Shown: in pieces, positions 24,041 through 38,890 of the stretch
Numbering within the stretch: position 1 is the stretch's first letter
How the letters are laid out: each line of letters opens with the position of its first letter
NCBI GenBank assembly: GCA_021613535.1
Contig: CP075493.1
Span: 310,001-374,000, forward strand
Reading direction: 5' to 3'
Length of the DNA stretch: 64,000 nucleotides
Origin: Adineta vaga
Taxonomy: Eukaryota; Animalia; Rotifera
Position numbers and translations under genes: made by a program
Notes under the pieces: generated by a model
What the model saw: only the letters and a program-made list of their open reading frames with translations
Database searches by the model: none
What the model was told of the DNA's origin: nothing

Positions 24041-24111
24041 GATAAAATAGAAGTAATTTCAAAAGAAAAATCAACATATATGATCATAGAACAAGAAAAT
24101 TGTGTAAGAAC

Positions 24112-24422
24112 TAAAGGGGAAACAGCTGATTTTGGGATTCTAAAGATTCTATGGGATTCTGAGAGATTCCAATGATTCTAAAAGATCCTGCTGCGCAGAA
24201 TCTCACGTATTTTTCTAGAAAATTTCGACTTTTTAAAATTGGGAGTTATGCTTCTTGATTCTGATGATTCTACTGATTCTAAAAGATTCTAGAGATTCTG
24301 TAAGATCCTACGTTGTAAAACCACCTATTTTTCGGTGGGATTCTTATGATTCTGAATGATTCTGGGGATTTCAAAAGATTCCCGTTGATTCTAATACCTT
24401 GGAAACAGCTGTTTCCCCCTTG
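24112..24422. mobile_element. hAT-type MITE with GATTCT subrepeats
   Basis: TIRs TAAAGGGGAAACAGCTG / CAGCTGTTTCCCCCTTG; 8-bp TSD GTAAGAAC / ATAAGAAC. Confidence 0.8.
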
Positions 24423-24494
24423 ATAAGAACGAAAAAGAAAAATAAGCTTTCAATCAGTCAGATTTGTATTCTACTAGAAGAAAATATCTTTTTA

Positions 24495-27400
24495 TTACAT
24501 TAATAGACAATGACATTTTCTAGGAATTTTCTTTTTCAATGCTTGAATCATATTTTTATATAAAATATAATGTGGATGTTTCTTAGTTGGAACACATTCT
24601 AAAGCACGTTGATAAAATGTTAATGCTAATGAATAATTGTGATATTCATGTTCATATATTAGAGCAATATTTTTATAAACTTCTGCAAGATCAAAATGCT
24701 TTGGATATTTATAATATAAAGATAATGTTTTCAGATAATATTTCATTGCTAAACTTATTTGACCAAGTTTATAATAAACATAACCAATATGATTATAGAG
24801 ATTTATTTTAATGGAACACGCATCCAGATGTCGATTGTATATAAATTCCCATGATTGTCCAAAATAATCTAAAGCAAGATAATAATTTTCAAGTTGACAT
24901 TCAATTAATCCTAATGTAATATTAACATTGATAAGTGAATATGATTGATTATCCCTTGAATAAATCATATCTCGACATTTCTCAGCACATATTTTTGCAT
25001 CGTTCAAATTTCCATATTGAAAATAATATTAATGCCATTTGATTATAAACTGATTCATAATATTCATATTTTTGATCGTTTACATTTTTCTCAAGCATAT
25101 TCAAAGTCTTTTCATTATATTCTAAAGTTAATTGATATTCACCACGTTCATAATGAATCATACTCATATTAATATATAATTGTGAAAGATTTATCCAATC
25201 AATCGTATCCATATTTGATATTCTATCAATTGATTGTTTTATAATATTAAATGCTGTATCTAAATCTCCCATCATCATGTAAAGTAAACATATAAGTAAC
25301 GTAATATAATCGATTTCTATGAACTGTTTCGATACTTTATTAAAATAGATTAGACTCTTCTCAAATTCTTCATTTTCCCAATAAAGTCGACCAGCTAGAC
25401 AATAGAAATTTCGTAAAAACTCATCGTCTGATGAATATTGAGTAAGTTCTTCAGCTTTTGAAATGTAATTTAATGCATTTTTGCGATCCCATGGTCTTAA
25501 ATTTATCAGATGTCTTGCTGAAGTATGATAAGATTGCATAAGTACTTCATAATTAATTGGATTCTGAAGTAAACAATATTTTATTGTTTGTTCAGAATAA
25601 ATCAAAGCATATTCCGAGTTATTCATTAGTGAATAAGTTTCAGCTACACAATAATTAACCGAACGTAATTGTGTATGGTCAACAACTTGGGAATTATATA
25701 AAAATGTCAAAGATATTTTACATTTTGATAATGACATTAAATAATTTCGTTGTTTTAGATAAATTGCTCCAATTACATAATAAGTAATACCATAAAGTGT
25801 ACAATTAGTTGTGAATAATTCAACACTTTTTTCATAATAATAAAGAGCTTGATCAATATCATTAATAGAATGATATATTGATGCAAATAAATAATAAAAG
25901 TAGTCGTTTTTACTTATATCTTTCTTTCCGCAATAATTTTTAAGTATGTCTTGTGTTTGTTGAATATATTTCAATACTAATTCATTTTCTTTTCTGTCAA
26001 TATAAATTTTTTCGATTTCATAATAAATTAAAAGGATTATTTTAGTTAATAGAGAACATTCTTGAACATTTTCTATTAAATATCCTTCAGTACTAAGCAT
26101 CCTGATCTTATCTTTATATGGTAATCGTGTTAAATTCGATAATTGCCAATATATTTCACAACTTTTCACAAAATAATTTAAAGCATTATCGAAATCTTCC
26201 ATCTCTTTATAGATAAAGCCAATATTTGCATATAAATCTATTAAATTAAAATAACATGTTGGAATATTTTTTAATGCATATTCTAAAGATAATTGATAAT
26301 GTTTAAGTGCATTAATAAGATCGTTTTCGTGTTTAAAATAACTCGCAATCATATAATGAAAAGTAAATTTTGTACTTGAAGATAAATCGTTTTCTTCCAA
26401 AATCTCTTCAATTTTTTTCATATAAATACTCTTTTTATCGGGGCATAAGTCTGACAAACGTAGATAATTATCAACAAGATCATCAATATTATGATGAATT
26501 TCATTAAATTCTAAACTTTCTTCAGCATAAAATATTGCTTTTTCAAGATTATTTTCAATTTCATATAAACGAGAATATTCTGAATAGATTTCACCTATTT
26601 TTGTTTGATTTGATTCTGAACTAATTTTGTGTGCTTCATTTAAATATTGTAAAGCTTTTTTACCATTATTTTGTTTATTACAAGTATTAGCGATATTAAC
26701 GAGTATTAAAACTCTTCTCTCAACTTCAACATCAGTCTCCAATGCACATAAGAAATAATCTAATGCAGAACTAAAATCATATAATCGATAATAAGTTACA
26801 CCCAATTGATTATATAAATTAAATAAAATTGGATCAGTTTTTGATATTATATTAATGAATTTTTTATAGATATTCAATGCTTTTTGAACATAATGTAATT
26901 GATCATCGATATATTCACTAAGAGATGAAAGTGTAGTATAAAGTACTATATAGATTATTGGATTAATAGATTCTGTTTTTGAAAGATTTTCAATTAAATA
27001 TAAAGCTTTTTCACAATAGATTAATGCTGATTGATTATCTTCACAATTATTATATATTATTCCAATGAAGGTATATATAAAAATAACATCTGGATGATTT
27101 TTTAGTACTGTATTCAATAACATAGGTAATAACTTTTTCAAATGTTGTAAAGCTTCATGATAATTTGAATTATTAAAATACAATAAAATCAAAGATAAAT
27201 ATGTTAAGATATATTCACGATAATTCGATTGATTCAATTGTCGTATATTTAATGAATGACTGTAATATTCTAGAGCTTTTTTAAAGTCATGCATTTGATT
27301 ATAAATATTTCCAAATTCATCGTATACATCAGCTAAATCTGAACGATCTATTTGATTTTGATAACTCAATACTTTATCACAATATTCCAGAGCTGTATCA

Positions 27401-28978
27401 TACATCTTTTTATTTCTATATGATTTTGCCATATAAAGATATATCGAGCACAAAAGGCATTATCTTTTTCAATTAAATTCAATGCTTTATTAAACCAAAC
27501 TAATGCACAATTATAATCACCATTTGCATCATAAATTTTGCCCATAGAACAGTAAGCATATCCATTATTAATCATATCATTTGATCTATGTAATTCTTCA
27601 ATTAATATTTGAAGATATTGTTTAGCTTTATCATAATCACCCATTGATATAAGTAAATCAGCAAATAAAACACTTGATGGAAGTTTCATAACATAATTTT
27701 TTGAAAAATTTCAAACATTCGTTCATAATCTTCATCTTCCGTTAATATTAATCGAATACGACGTGGAGAATTGTCTATATCAATCGAATCAACTTTAAAT
27801 GTTGAACCAATTGGAAAAATAACTTCAAGCTCATCTGGAAAATAACTTTTATCTTGAACATAAACAGGACGAATACGTTTATTTTTTATTGATAGAACAT
27901 TTTTCATATCAATTTCAAATAAAATAGATGATGTATGTAAAGCATATTCTAAAGCAACTACTTTATTTATCGATGCCGAAAAATATGTATTTATTGATAT
28001 AAATTTTCCAATACTTTTCTTCAATTTCTTCAATTCTATATCTGATATTGCTTGATCACGATAAACAAATGTAATGAATTCCATATATTCTTCATTATAA
28101 AATAATTCTAATTGATTTTGAAAATCAATAATAAAAAAACGAAATTTAAATATAGCATCGATATCACGAGTACGAAGAGCTTTATTTAAAAGACGATAAA
28201 TAAATGAATCATGTGTATACCATCGAATTGCATCTGTTGATTTATATTGATTTTCAAATTCTGTAATCTTTCTTTGGTTTGAATCATTATTTTTACATTG
28301 TTCTCGACAATAATTTACTAAATCAGTTTTAGCTGTTTGATGGTATACACCTAAATCGAAAAGAGTATTAATTAATAAATGATACCAAATAAATGTTGTA
28401 TTCTTTGTATGATCTGTTGATTGTTCTGCAATAAAAAGATCAAATGTATTTGTTAATAAAAAACCTTTTTCACATATTAAAATATCCTCATGTATTGAAC
28501 GAAAAAGTTCATCTTTATTATTTGAAATTTTTCTAATGGTTCGCTTTGTATCTAATATTGATGTAACATCATAAATTTCTGTATCTTCTATGAATATATA
28601 AATAAAAATAATTTGTATTAAATCATCCAAAAATGATAGAATATGTTGTAATTTAGATCGATTAATGATTAAAAATATATTATTTGTTTGTATTTCAGTA
28701 AGAAAATCAAATAATTCATCATTTGAATCAAAGATTTGTATATCTAATTCATCTATTATTTCTTCATTTTGATTTGGATTTTTTAACCAAACAATATTAA
28801 TATCGAAATCTTTTTCTTCTTCAATAATTTCGGGTTTTGGTATTTGTAAACATAATTCAATTAGTTTTCTGTCTGAATTTATTGGTTCACTCGATAATTG
28901 TGATTCCAGTACCGGCAATGATAAACGGTTATCTTTCCAAAGCTTTTCAGCAATATCATTTGTAATCTTTTCTGACAT
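24495..28978 (-). pseudogene. ADP-ribosyltransferase (R-S-E type) + long TPR array; intronless, split by three frameshifts
   Basis: AIRWYTHDSFIYRLLNKALR, VYR, NTYFSAS and FPDELEVIF, followed by ~1000 aa of TPR-like repeats. The four ORF pieces join via 1-nt indels near 27700, 27445 and 25020. Confidence 0.85.
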
Positions 28979-29983
28979 GATTGATTTCTAATGTGTATGC
29001 ATATGAAATACACGAATAAATGATAAATATTGAAAAAAAAACGTATAGGAAGTAGTCGTCATAAACAACATGTGACGTCAATGAATGATCGAATGAAAGA
29101 TAAAATCTTTTTAATTAATAATATCTTCAAATCATTTTTCTTAGACAGTTTGTTCGTAGAACATTATGAAATTTTTCTTAAATTTAACTTCATAGTATTT
29201 TTTTCTTTTTTTGATTTTAATTATCATATAAAACCATGTTGTCAAGGAGTTTTTTTTCTTCATCATTTTTAATGAGGAAAAAGAACGATCAATATGAAAC
29301 AGTCTACACAACGTCTAGTCATTATTAATATAATATACTTGAGTGTATTAAGAAATCTTGTAGTATATATTTTTGCAATATCCGAATTAAAACAAAAGAT
29401 TATAATTTCAATAGAGAGCGTGAGTATTCTCTATTAATCAGTATCCATATTTTTATTTATATTTCTTTTAAATGAATTCAGTATTGATTGAATAAAACGT
29501 TATCAAACAATTGTTATGATACTTTTAATATTAAATGAATATTTCTTCTAGGAATATCATAATTAAAACAAAATAATAAGTTCAGTATAAAAATATTATC
29601 ACATCACTAATTAATTTCTCGGACATTTTTTATTCAATTATATGATATATATTTATATAATCTGATCTACATAGTGCACTTAATAACTTTTACAAATACA
29701 ACTCGATAAAGGTTTATTATATCAAATTTTATTTATAACAGAAAGAAAAAAAAAGAACAGTGTTAATATAAAATTTCAACTTCTCATTTATAAACTTACT
29801 GGATAATGTAATCGTGATTTCTTTAATATAAAAGTTAAATAATTTGAATAATATTTATTAATAATACAACTACGCACTTTTTTTAATCTTATAAATAACC
29901 TACTTTTTAATAAAAGAAAATGCTTTTTTTTTTATCTCAGTTCATTTTATGATTAAAAAGTATATAGTTGCATAGATTATAAC

Positions 29984-30931
29984 ATGTCAACAAATACATC
30001 AACAAGTGAGATTATTATTGATCCATTAAATCAAATCAAATATATTATTATGAAAACGTTTTATATTCCATCAATAATTCGTACAATATTTACTCTTATT
30101 TATTTATTATTCAATCGAAATCTTCGTTCATCTTTACATAATCATATTCAATTAATAATATTAATTATTTCAATATTTGATTTACTTTTTAATCATTCAT
30201 TTACATTAAATTATTTACGAACAAATCAAATAATTCCATCATCGAATAGTTTATGTCTTTTTTGGAATTTAACTAATTCTATATTTACAATATCAATCTA
30301 TCATACAATGACATGGACATCAATTGAACGTTATTTATTTATATTTCATTCAAAATTATTTCAAACACATCGTCGACGAATATTATTTCATTATTTACCA
30401 TTAATTTCAGTATCAATGATTTATCCAATATTAATAAGTATAATTATTCTTATTTATCCATGTCAAAATCAATTTAATATGAATGGATTATTCTGTGGTT
30501 ATGTTTGTTCATTAAAAATACAATCTATTGCATTATATACAAGAATTGTAGATCAATTTATACCGATATTTATTTTAACTGGAATGAATTTATCAATACT
30601 TATACGTGTATTTATACAAAAACAACAAATACAACAAAATCAATTTAATTGGCGTCGGTATCGTTTGATGATAATACAATTATTATCATTATCAAGTCTT
30701 TTTCTTCTTTTAACAATATCAGCAACAACAGTAAATATAATACAAAATTGTTGTTTATCATCATTTGCTTCATCAATACAATTTCCATATCTAAATTTTC
30801 TAATTCGATTTGTAACAATATTTATGCCATTTATTTGTCTTGCTTCACTTCCAGAAATTTGGATTAAATTATTTCAACGTCGTATTATTCAAGCTGAACT
30901 TATTCGTATGTCCTTAATTAAATATGATTAA
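29984..30931 (+). CDS. Rhodopsin-class 7TM GPCR-like protein
   Basis: 315 aa with about seven hydrophobic segments, Cys at the top of TM3, and SIERYLFIF (E/DRY) motif; intronless. Confidence 0.8.
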   Translation: MSTNTSTSEIIIDPLNQIKYIIMKTFYIPSIIRTIFTLIYLLFNRNLRSSLHNHIQLIILIISIFDLLFNHSFTLNYLRTNQIIPSSNSLCLFWNLTNSIFTISIYHTMTWTSIERYLFIFHSKLFQTHRRRILFHYLPLISVSMIYPILISIIILIYPCQNQFNMNGLFCGYVCSLKIQSIALYTRIVDQFIPIFILTGMNLSILIRVFIQKQQIQQNQFNWRRYRLMIIQLLSLSSLFLLLTISATTVNIIQNCCLSSFASSIQFPYLNFLIRFVTIFMPFICLASLPEIWIKLFQRRIIQAELIRMSLIKYD

Positions 30932-31050
30932 AAAAGTTAATTAATCTTCATATTTAATAATACATAAAGATTTTTTCATTGAATGTCGATTACCAATTCA
31001 GAAGGAAATGACAACTTTCTTTTAAAAAAATAAGATTTGTTTTCTAGTCA

Positions 31051-32288
31051 ATGGAAGAAAAAGTTCTCTCACAGCAATTCAATCATTTATCTATAACTGC
31101 CGAAACTAATAGCAACCCAATCACATTGAAGGAGATTGATAGCGAAATGAATCGAATTCCTGAGTATTTAATGAAACGAAATAAATCATTTAAACAAATG
31201 ATATGTCATGCACTCTCTACATCAATCACACCACCACTATCAACAACATCATTAAACTATATGAAAGAATTACGAAAAATTACTATTTTAATGCATAAAG
31301 CAATGATTATCAAAACGTATCATAATCTATGGACAACTTATTTAAAATCAGGCATGGGAAAACTAATTCATGAACCTTCAAATTCCTTATCGAGCAAGTA
31401 TCCCTCAAATTTATCTATATGGCCAAAAGAAATAAAGTCAATGTTATGGACAACCACTACAACTACGGCTACGACTATTAACACTGCTACAAAATCAGAT
31501 GAGAAAAATGAAAATGAAATTTGTTTCAATTTTGTCAATAATCTTTTACTAGAACTCACTGAACGGTTAAAATCGTATGAAATTGAATCGGAAAAGAGAA
31601 AATCTGCTTTCATTGATTTTACATTAACTAGTCAAGAAATACTCGAAACATATGTTACCAACAATCTACAATGGTTACGTATGAAAGTTACACATGATAT
31701 TGAACTTACGTATTATGATTATCATATTCAAGCAATAAAACTAGAATACTTACGATATAATCCAAGCCCATATCAAGTATAGTTCTTTTCTCCCCATAAA
31801 GTCTTTTCTTTACATTCTTCATTTTCGGTGTTTTTTAGAAACAGCTAATGAAAGAACTTTGTAAAGATGTATTTGAACAAGAAGTAGCCGAAGAACAATA
31901 TAAACTACTTCAAAAACAAATTACCTTTTATACTTCATCAAATCAATCATCATTATTTGAATCTATATTATCAATTGATCATTCGTCACTAATTCAGTCG
32001 ATTGAAAATCAAGCCATTCGAGAACATTTATATGATCAATATAAAGAAATCGCTAAAGAATCAAGAGCAAAAATGTTCAATCTCTATGTGAAAACAGCTG
32101 AAGATGAAAAGAATCAATGTCAACATAAATATGCTACTAGTATACAGAAAATGTGGTCCGATCGTCATACAGCTTCTGAGAATGAAAAAACACCAATGAT
32201 CATGATTGATCTCATTACTGAACGTTGTAAGAAAATTAGTGAACGTATCAAATACATATACAAATTTCGAGGCCAATCTGTTGAATAA
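31051..32288 (+). CDS. Athena/Terminon coiled-coil ORF (exons 31051-31776, 31839-32288)
   Basis: Helical, charged protein directly upstream of the RT. The GT-AG intron 31777-31838 joins the two ORFs in frame. Confidence 0.75.
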
Positions 32289-32436
32289 AATTCTTCATGA
32301 GAATTTGAATTACAGACATTATTTAGTATACTTCAATAAATGTTTCTTTTTCATTCGTTTCAGATTTATAATTATATATATTTCATTCATTTAACTGCAA
32401 TAAACTATAATTATTGATATTCGTTTGTAACCTACC

Positions 32437-35400
32437 ATGGACACAAATAATAGTTCACTGAACTATCAAGACGTCAAAGAAATACAAGAGGAACAGCAAC
32501 AGCAAAGAAAAAAATGTCATGGCAATCGACGTAATCAACGTTTTCGAAGAAAATGTCGTGCACAAAATATCAAACCAGGTAAAATAGAGAAGTTACTTCA
32601 GAAACGAAATCTTGTCAAGAAGAAAAATTCAAGTACTAATGAGAAGAATCTACATACAGTATTATCGAATCGAAAATTGGTAACTGAAAGAAATGCACAA
32701 GTAGTGGTGTTAACAACAACAACAACAACAACAAAACCGATACCAATATCAAATTTAAACAAACGTAAACGAGATATTTCATTGCCAGAACTAAAAACAA
32801 ATTCAACAATGATACCTAAATCCACAGCTTCAGTATCTATTGTACAACCATCATTGAAAAAGAAGAAAACCATTATTGATAATACTAACCTACATATAAA
32901 CTATCGGTTAGTTTCTATCAATATAATTTAACAGGATAGAAGTATGTATAAAATACCTTTTCATTCCTGTATTATAGAAGACCAATGTATTTGGATCGAT
33001 CATCTGCAGTACTATTTCAAATGTTAAATAGAACATTAAATTATACATTGAAAACAAAAATTGAAAAAGATTTTATTTATACACGAATAAGTCTATTAGA
33101 TGAACATTATTGTTTAGAAATTCACCGACAATTATGGCAATCCTATTTCGAAATTGGCCAACAGAAGCATATATGGCCAGTAAGTTTATTTCTTGAGAAA
33201 TGAACTATATTCTTTCATTCCCTCTATCTCTTTCATAAACAAAAGAATCAACTTCAGATGATGGCAAAGACAAATGATTTCGAATTATGTCAGCAATATT
33301 TGCTTAATTATATCGGAACAATTAGTAGTCAATTAAATATTTTTGAAATTGAATTGAACAGACAAATGCAGTCGTGTCCAATAACAAACTTAACAAGTGA
33401 TCAAATTGATCATTGCCTTAAAGAACTTGTTGATTGTCAACGAAAATATATATCAATGCAAAATAATAGACAAATATTGGAATTCAAAGAGTTTAATACT
33501 GAAAATGAGCTATTTCAATCGATATGCACATTTCATTTGACAAATGATCAAGTAAGTTGTATCTCTTCTTTCTCTCCGTCTGTTTTTTGTCTCTAGATAT
33601 TTGATCATGAATGACTATAAACATATAATCTTTATTTGAGAAAGAATCTTTCCAACGACTAACAAGTATACGCCAACAATCAATGAAATGTTGCGAACAA
33701 CTTCTAATGTTTGAAACACGAATTTTATGTAAACTTTTATCATTAGATTTCATTCAATTAGAACGTTTTATTGCACCTGTATTGTATACACCCTTCCTTT
33801 ATCAATAAAAGTCAATTCAATTTAACAATATTCATCATAAGTTTATACAAGATGGAAAACGACTGTGTCTAAATATTTTACTTCATGCTTACGAAATTAA
33901 ATTACAAGAATATGATCAACAATATCAAAATGAATTTCTAGAATTCGAAGAAAGATTACAGTTATTAGATAATACAGTCACAAAAGCAACAACTAATACG
34001 ACTTCTTCTACTAGTACTAGTACTAGTACTACTACCGTTGCTACTATGAACGATTGTTCTTCTAATTCGATAATCAATAGAGTTAAAGAATATATGAAGT
34101 ATCGTACAAGTCGTTTACAACGAGAGATATATGATAAAATATCATCTTTTCGGCGAAGATTATTACAAAATCGACAGCGTTCATCATTGGCAAAAACGAC
34201 AGTAGGTGTTTCTCCTGAACCATATCTTGATCTACATTCGAATCCATTCAATAAATGTCAGTGGAATCAACTTTCGCAAGGTAAGTGATATGATACCGAA
34301 CAAGTAATTAAATAAATATTTTCTTTTTCTTTTCTTTTCTTCTTTTGTCTATTGCTGTGAAGGTCCATCTTTTATTAGAATGAATCAAACTGCACTTCGT
34401 CCAAAAGATCAACAAAAAGTTGTCATCGAAACCGAATATAAAGAAATTTCTCAAACAGTTAAAAAACATCTTATCTCCTATCCACATCGTATAGCATCCG
34501 AATCTCCCTATTTCAAACTGTATTCACATCAACTTCACACGTATCTCAATCATTGTTACTTTTCACCAACATCCTATAAAGATCATATTCAAGCTCTACA
34601 GCAAAAGCATATTGCTGCAAGTATTCGACAAAAAATTAAACAAAACAACCTTATTATTCGTCAAACTGATAAAGATCATAATTTTTATATTGGCTCAGCC
34701 ATTGAATTCGAGAACAAAGTGGATAAATTCTTTCAAGATACAAAAGCTTTCATAGAATTATCTGATAATCCATTCAATGAAATTCAAAATAAGATTACTA
34801 CATTACTCAATCGATTACGTCAAGAAAAACTGATTTCCAAAGAACAATACAATAGAATGATGTTTGATCGTACAAAATGTGAATTAGCTCATTTATATTT
34901 TAATCCTAAAACACACAAGGTAAAAGAAATGCCTTCTTTATTCATTTCAACGTAAACTAGTATATTTTATATACGATATGATTTAGGATAATATACCTGT
35001 GAGACCAATTGAAAATACTATAACTGCTCCAACAACAAATATATCAAAATTTTTGGATAGTATTATACAACCTATATTTAATGAAGAACGTAAAGAAACA
35101 GATCTTATTGACGGTACTTCGTTTCTTCAGAGAATATTCAATTATACAACTAAAGGTCTTTTAAAATCCTCAACTCTTTTTTGTACATTTGATATTCATA
35201 ATTTATATACGATGTTACCACAAGACGAAGCACTTGATATTCTCACTGAATTTCTTCAAATACATGAATATAGACATGTCGAACGAATTTCGCTTGATAC
35301 AATCAGACAACTAGCTTCTATTGTTATCAAAGAAAATGTTTTTGTCTACGGAAATAAAACTTATCGACAAACGCTTGGGGGTGCAATGGGCTCATCATTT

Positions 35401-36564
35401 ACTTTAACTTTAGCGAATATATTTATGTGGAAATGGGAAAAAGAATTTGTTCGTCAACAAGATATGACTGGTGAATTTTATGGTCGATAAGTAGAAAAAT
35501 TGGAAGGGTTGGTAATAATATTTGTTTGTGATAATCTCATTCTACAGATATATTGATGATATATTTATCACATGGAATAGACCAGAACAAAATCTAATTA
35601 AACTATTAAATGAAGCTAATACATGGCACCCAAACATAAAGTTGGATTATAAAATCAGTCAAAGTCTTCCATTTCTTGATATTCTTCTAACAAATAATAA
35701 TGGTATTCTATCAACATGTGTGTATCATAAACCAGCAGCTGAACCTTACGTTGTCCCATTTATTTCTGATCATCCACGACATGTTTTTATTAATATTATA
35801 CAGAATCGTCTTGCATACGCATTAAAATATTCGTCGACATTTGAACTATTCAATCAAGAACGACGCTATATTAAATTAATGTTATTATATAACGGGTAAG
35901 CTTTGTCTACTAGTCATTCATACAAACAATGCTGATTTATTTGCTTAGCTATCCTTCAAAATTCATTGAAAGTGTATTTCGAAAGTTTTTCCAAGAGCAT
36001 ATTTCGTCATCCTCATTACTACCTTTCATAGTTAGCGAAAATCAATTCTTTGTTATGCGTAATAACCTATTCCCCGAACTACAAAATCGCGAAACAGAAG
36101 TAATTGAAATTATTCCGTCAAGGGACGATGATATCATCGATCATACTGCTAACGTAGGACAACATACACAAATATCATCAACAAATGAACCAAATAAGAA
36201 AGAGAAAAAAGATGAAAGTAAATTATTCATTCATTACACATATGAACATCGTCTACGAGGAATGAAACGAGGTCTCCATGACGTTCATAAAGATATATTC
36301 AGTCAATCAACAAATCAAAATGTCAAAATGATTTTAGGCAATAAGATTCGCCGTAATGCCAATCATGAACTAATACGTAAGCGTCCAAAACGAGTCTTAC
36401 TGCAAAATCAACCACGTCAAAGTAAGTCATATCAAAATTTATTATATATTTCATACTCTATAGATTAATTATTAATTGTCTATCATTCAGAGAGACTACG
36501 GCGATTAGATCAATCATCACGTACAAGTACAAACAAGACTCACAATCATCCAGCTCAAACGTAA
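32437..36564 (+). pseudogene. Athena coiled-coil + reverse transcriptase (endonuclease-less Penelope-like RT), multi-intron
   Basis: KKCHGNRRNQRFRRK basic N-terminus; IIRQTDK, LYFNPKTHK|..RPI, TFDIHNLYT, QTLGGAMGS, YGR|YIDDIF, LPFLD, DHPRH; no GIY-YIG. Premature TAA at 33806-33808, and the donor before YIDD is mutated (CG|ATAAGT). Confidence 0.9.
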
Positions 36565-36917
36565 TTGTAAAATATATCATCATTCGTTATATTTTATTAC
36601 ACACTCTTTCACAACAATCGACTTTATTCACAAAATAATCAACACTATCTACAGCTATACCCTTTGTTTCCTTTACTTCCTGCTAAAACCTATTTTTCGT
36701 TTTCAAAATATACTCTATATGCACATAATTTATTATAAATGTATATTTAGACTTTTGACTTGATAGTAATGAAACAACTATATGATTATGTTTATCTTTT
36801 TTTTTCCAAAAATCGTCTGTAAGTTATTTATGTATGATAATAATGTTTGTCTTTCTAGATTACTCTACCTAAAAATCCACTTATTTTGTAACATCGAAAA
36901 AACAAAACAACAACTAT

Positions 36918-37685
36918 ATGCAAGAATTTGAATCACTCTATTCTAGATATCTCAAGTTGTTCAACGAAATGTCATCTTCATCAACTCCTCCCGTACTAAC
37001 TAGGGCATATAAACGTCGACCAACTAAACCTAGAAGATATAATATTAATCCGTACAATTTTACAATACCAGAATTTTTATTGCAACGTGAAAAACAATAT
37101 CTATCTTCATCCGTAGTAACAAATCTGACAAATAATCATAGCAATACATCGGCTATTAATCTAATCAAAACTAATGCAACTTTTCCATCGATCATTGTTA
37201 ATAAGAATGATTCAAATTCGAATCTTCTACAAAATATAACAAAGAATGATTATTATTATTCAACTAACCATTCAATGAAGAGATATTTTGATTCGTTGGT
37301 TTCTTTCATACGACTACAAGAATCACATCTATGGAAATACGTACTCTATTTCACATTCGTCTGTGTTTTGCTGCTTATCGTTCGAACAATAATTTGTCAT
37401 GTTAATGCTTTTTATCGAACTTACTTTCGTACTTATAATTATCGCGTTACTTCACATGGTACGTGTTCAACGAAAACTCCTTATTTTTCTTGGCAAATCA
37501 TGTGCATTTGAAAATCTTTTTTTCTTCTAGACCGTTCAACATATTCACAATATCCGAAAATACCAAGCGAAAGTGATATTTATCGAAACCATACTGAAAT
37601 TCAAAATGGCGATCAATCTTCATTGACGTACAATCAAATATCATTAGCTGGCATAGTCATTACCTTTTTACCCGATCCTATATAA
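36918..37685 (+). CDS. Terminon accessory ORF, single-TM protein of unknown function (intron 37459-37530)
   Basis: N/S/T-rich region, then hydrophobic YVLYFTFVCVLLLIV; in-frame splice to a short last exon. Confidence 0.5.
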
Positions 37686-38349
37686 GCATTTCCATTTATA
37701 TATTAATATAGCACCTGAATCTTAGAAGAAACAAACCCTTTTTCATACTTAAACTGTATGATGACTTTATATAACTGTAAATGTTTTTTGTACATTAATC
37801 ACTAAACACTTAATCGAACTATGTAATATATGAATACACCTGTAAATAAACTCAAATAGATGTTAAATTTGCGATGATTACTCTCTGTCGTCACAATTAG
37901 CTAAAACTTTCACCTATTTCAGATCAATGAAAACATCGGTAACTTTTTATTTGAAATACAACAACGAAACAGTACGAATTACAAGCAATTCAAACAAATA
38001 CGTAGTTAACGATATGTAAACAATCTTAATCTAACTCATTTACCAGAAAACTAAAAAATAATTTGATTTCAACATCTAAGCAGTGAGTAAACAAATTTAC
38101 ATTCACATCCTGATAGAAAAATTAAGTTAATTAATACTTTTCAATTAATATCCAATTAAAACACAAATACCTCTCAATTATTTTACTTTTTCTAGACATA
38201 TCTACACCTGCGTTTACTTCAGAACAGGATACAAGACAAATATTCAACCTTTTCATGTGAGCATTTCCTCTTCAATATCTAAAAATTATTAATTATGTAA
38301 TTCATGGGAATGTTTATTATTACTATTATTCCTGAACACCCATTTCGGA

Positions 38350-38890
38350 ATGAATACAACCAACAGTCAAATTGGTCAGGATCCAAACGAAGCATCATTT
38401 GAAAATAATGGAAACGAATCCACCTTCAATCAATTCTTCGCTAATGAAATGATAACTACAAGTCAATCATTATCAGTTATATTTAATCCTGTAAATATGG
38501 TTACAAGTCAACTACCAGCAATTACGAACACCTCCGGACAGAATTCTCTAACCCGAAGACAAGAAGGACCACGAAGTTTACAACACCGATACTACCAACA
38601 ACTACATCGACGAAGCTATCGTTAACGTCGAAGTGCACAAAGAAGACAGGAACTATATGAGCAATAGTATGAAGGTCAACATCAACGGCAACTAGAACGC
38701 GAACAAAATCGACAACGGCAACTACAAACAACAATGGATCGTTGGGAACAAGACTAAATCAATGAACTTGCAGGAATGCAAGAGGAAGTCCAACAACTTG
38801 ATGAAATTGATGCCACTGAAAGATGAAAAGAGGAGGAAGAACAAAATGAAGTGCAACAATGAGATAAGGGAAGATCTACACTAGAGTAAT
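38350..38890 (+). pseudogene. Degenerate Q/E-rich accessory ORF, paralog of 39548-40195
   Basis: MNTTNSQIGQDPNE start; downstream frames contain LEQD*INELAGM and EEEEQNEVQQ remnants matching the next ORF. Confidence 0.5.

Noticed and set aside
27686-27689. ATGA stop/start overlap suggesting bacterial-style translational coupling of ART and TPR ORFs
   Set aside because: Better explained by a 1-nt loss in an upstream A-run of a single ART-TPR gene, which has two other frameshifts.
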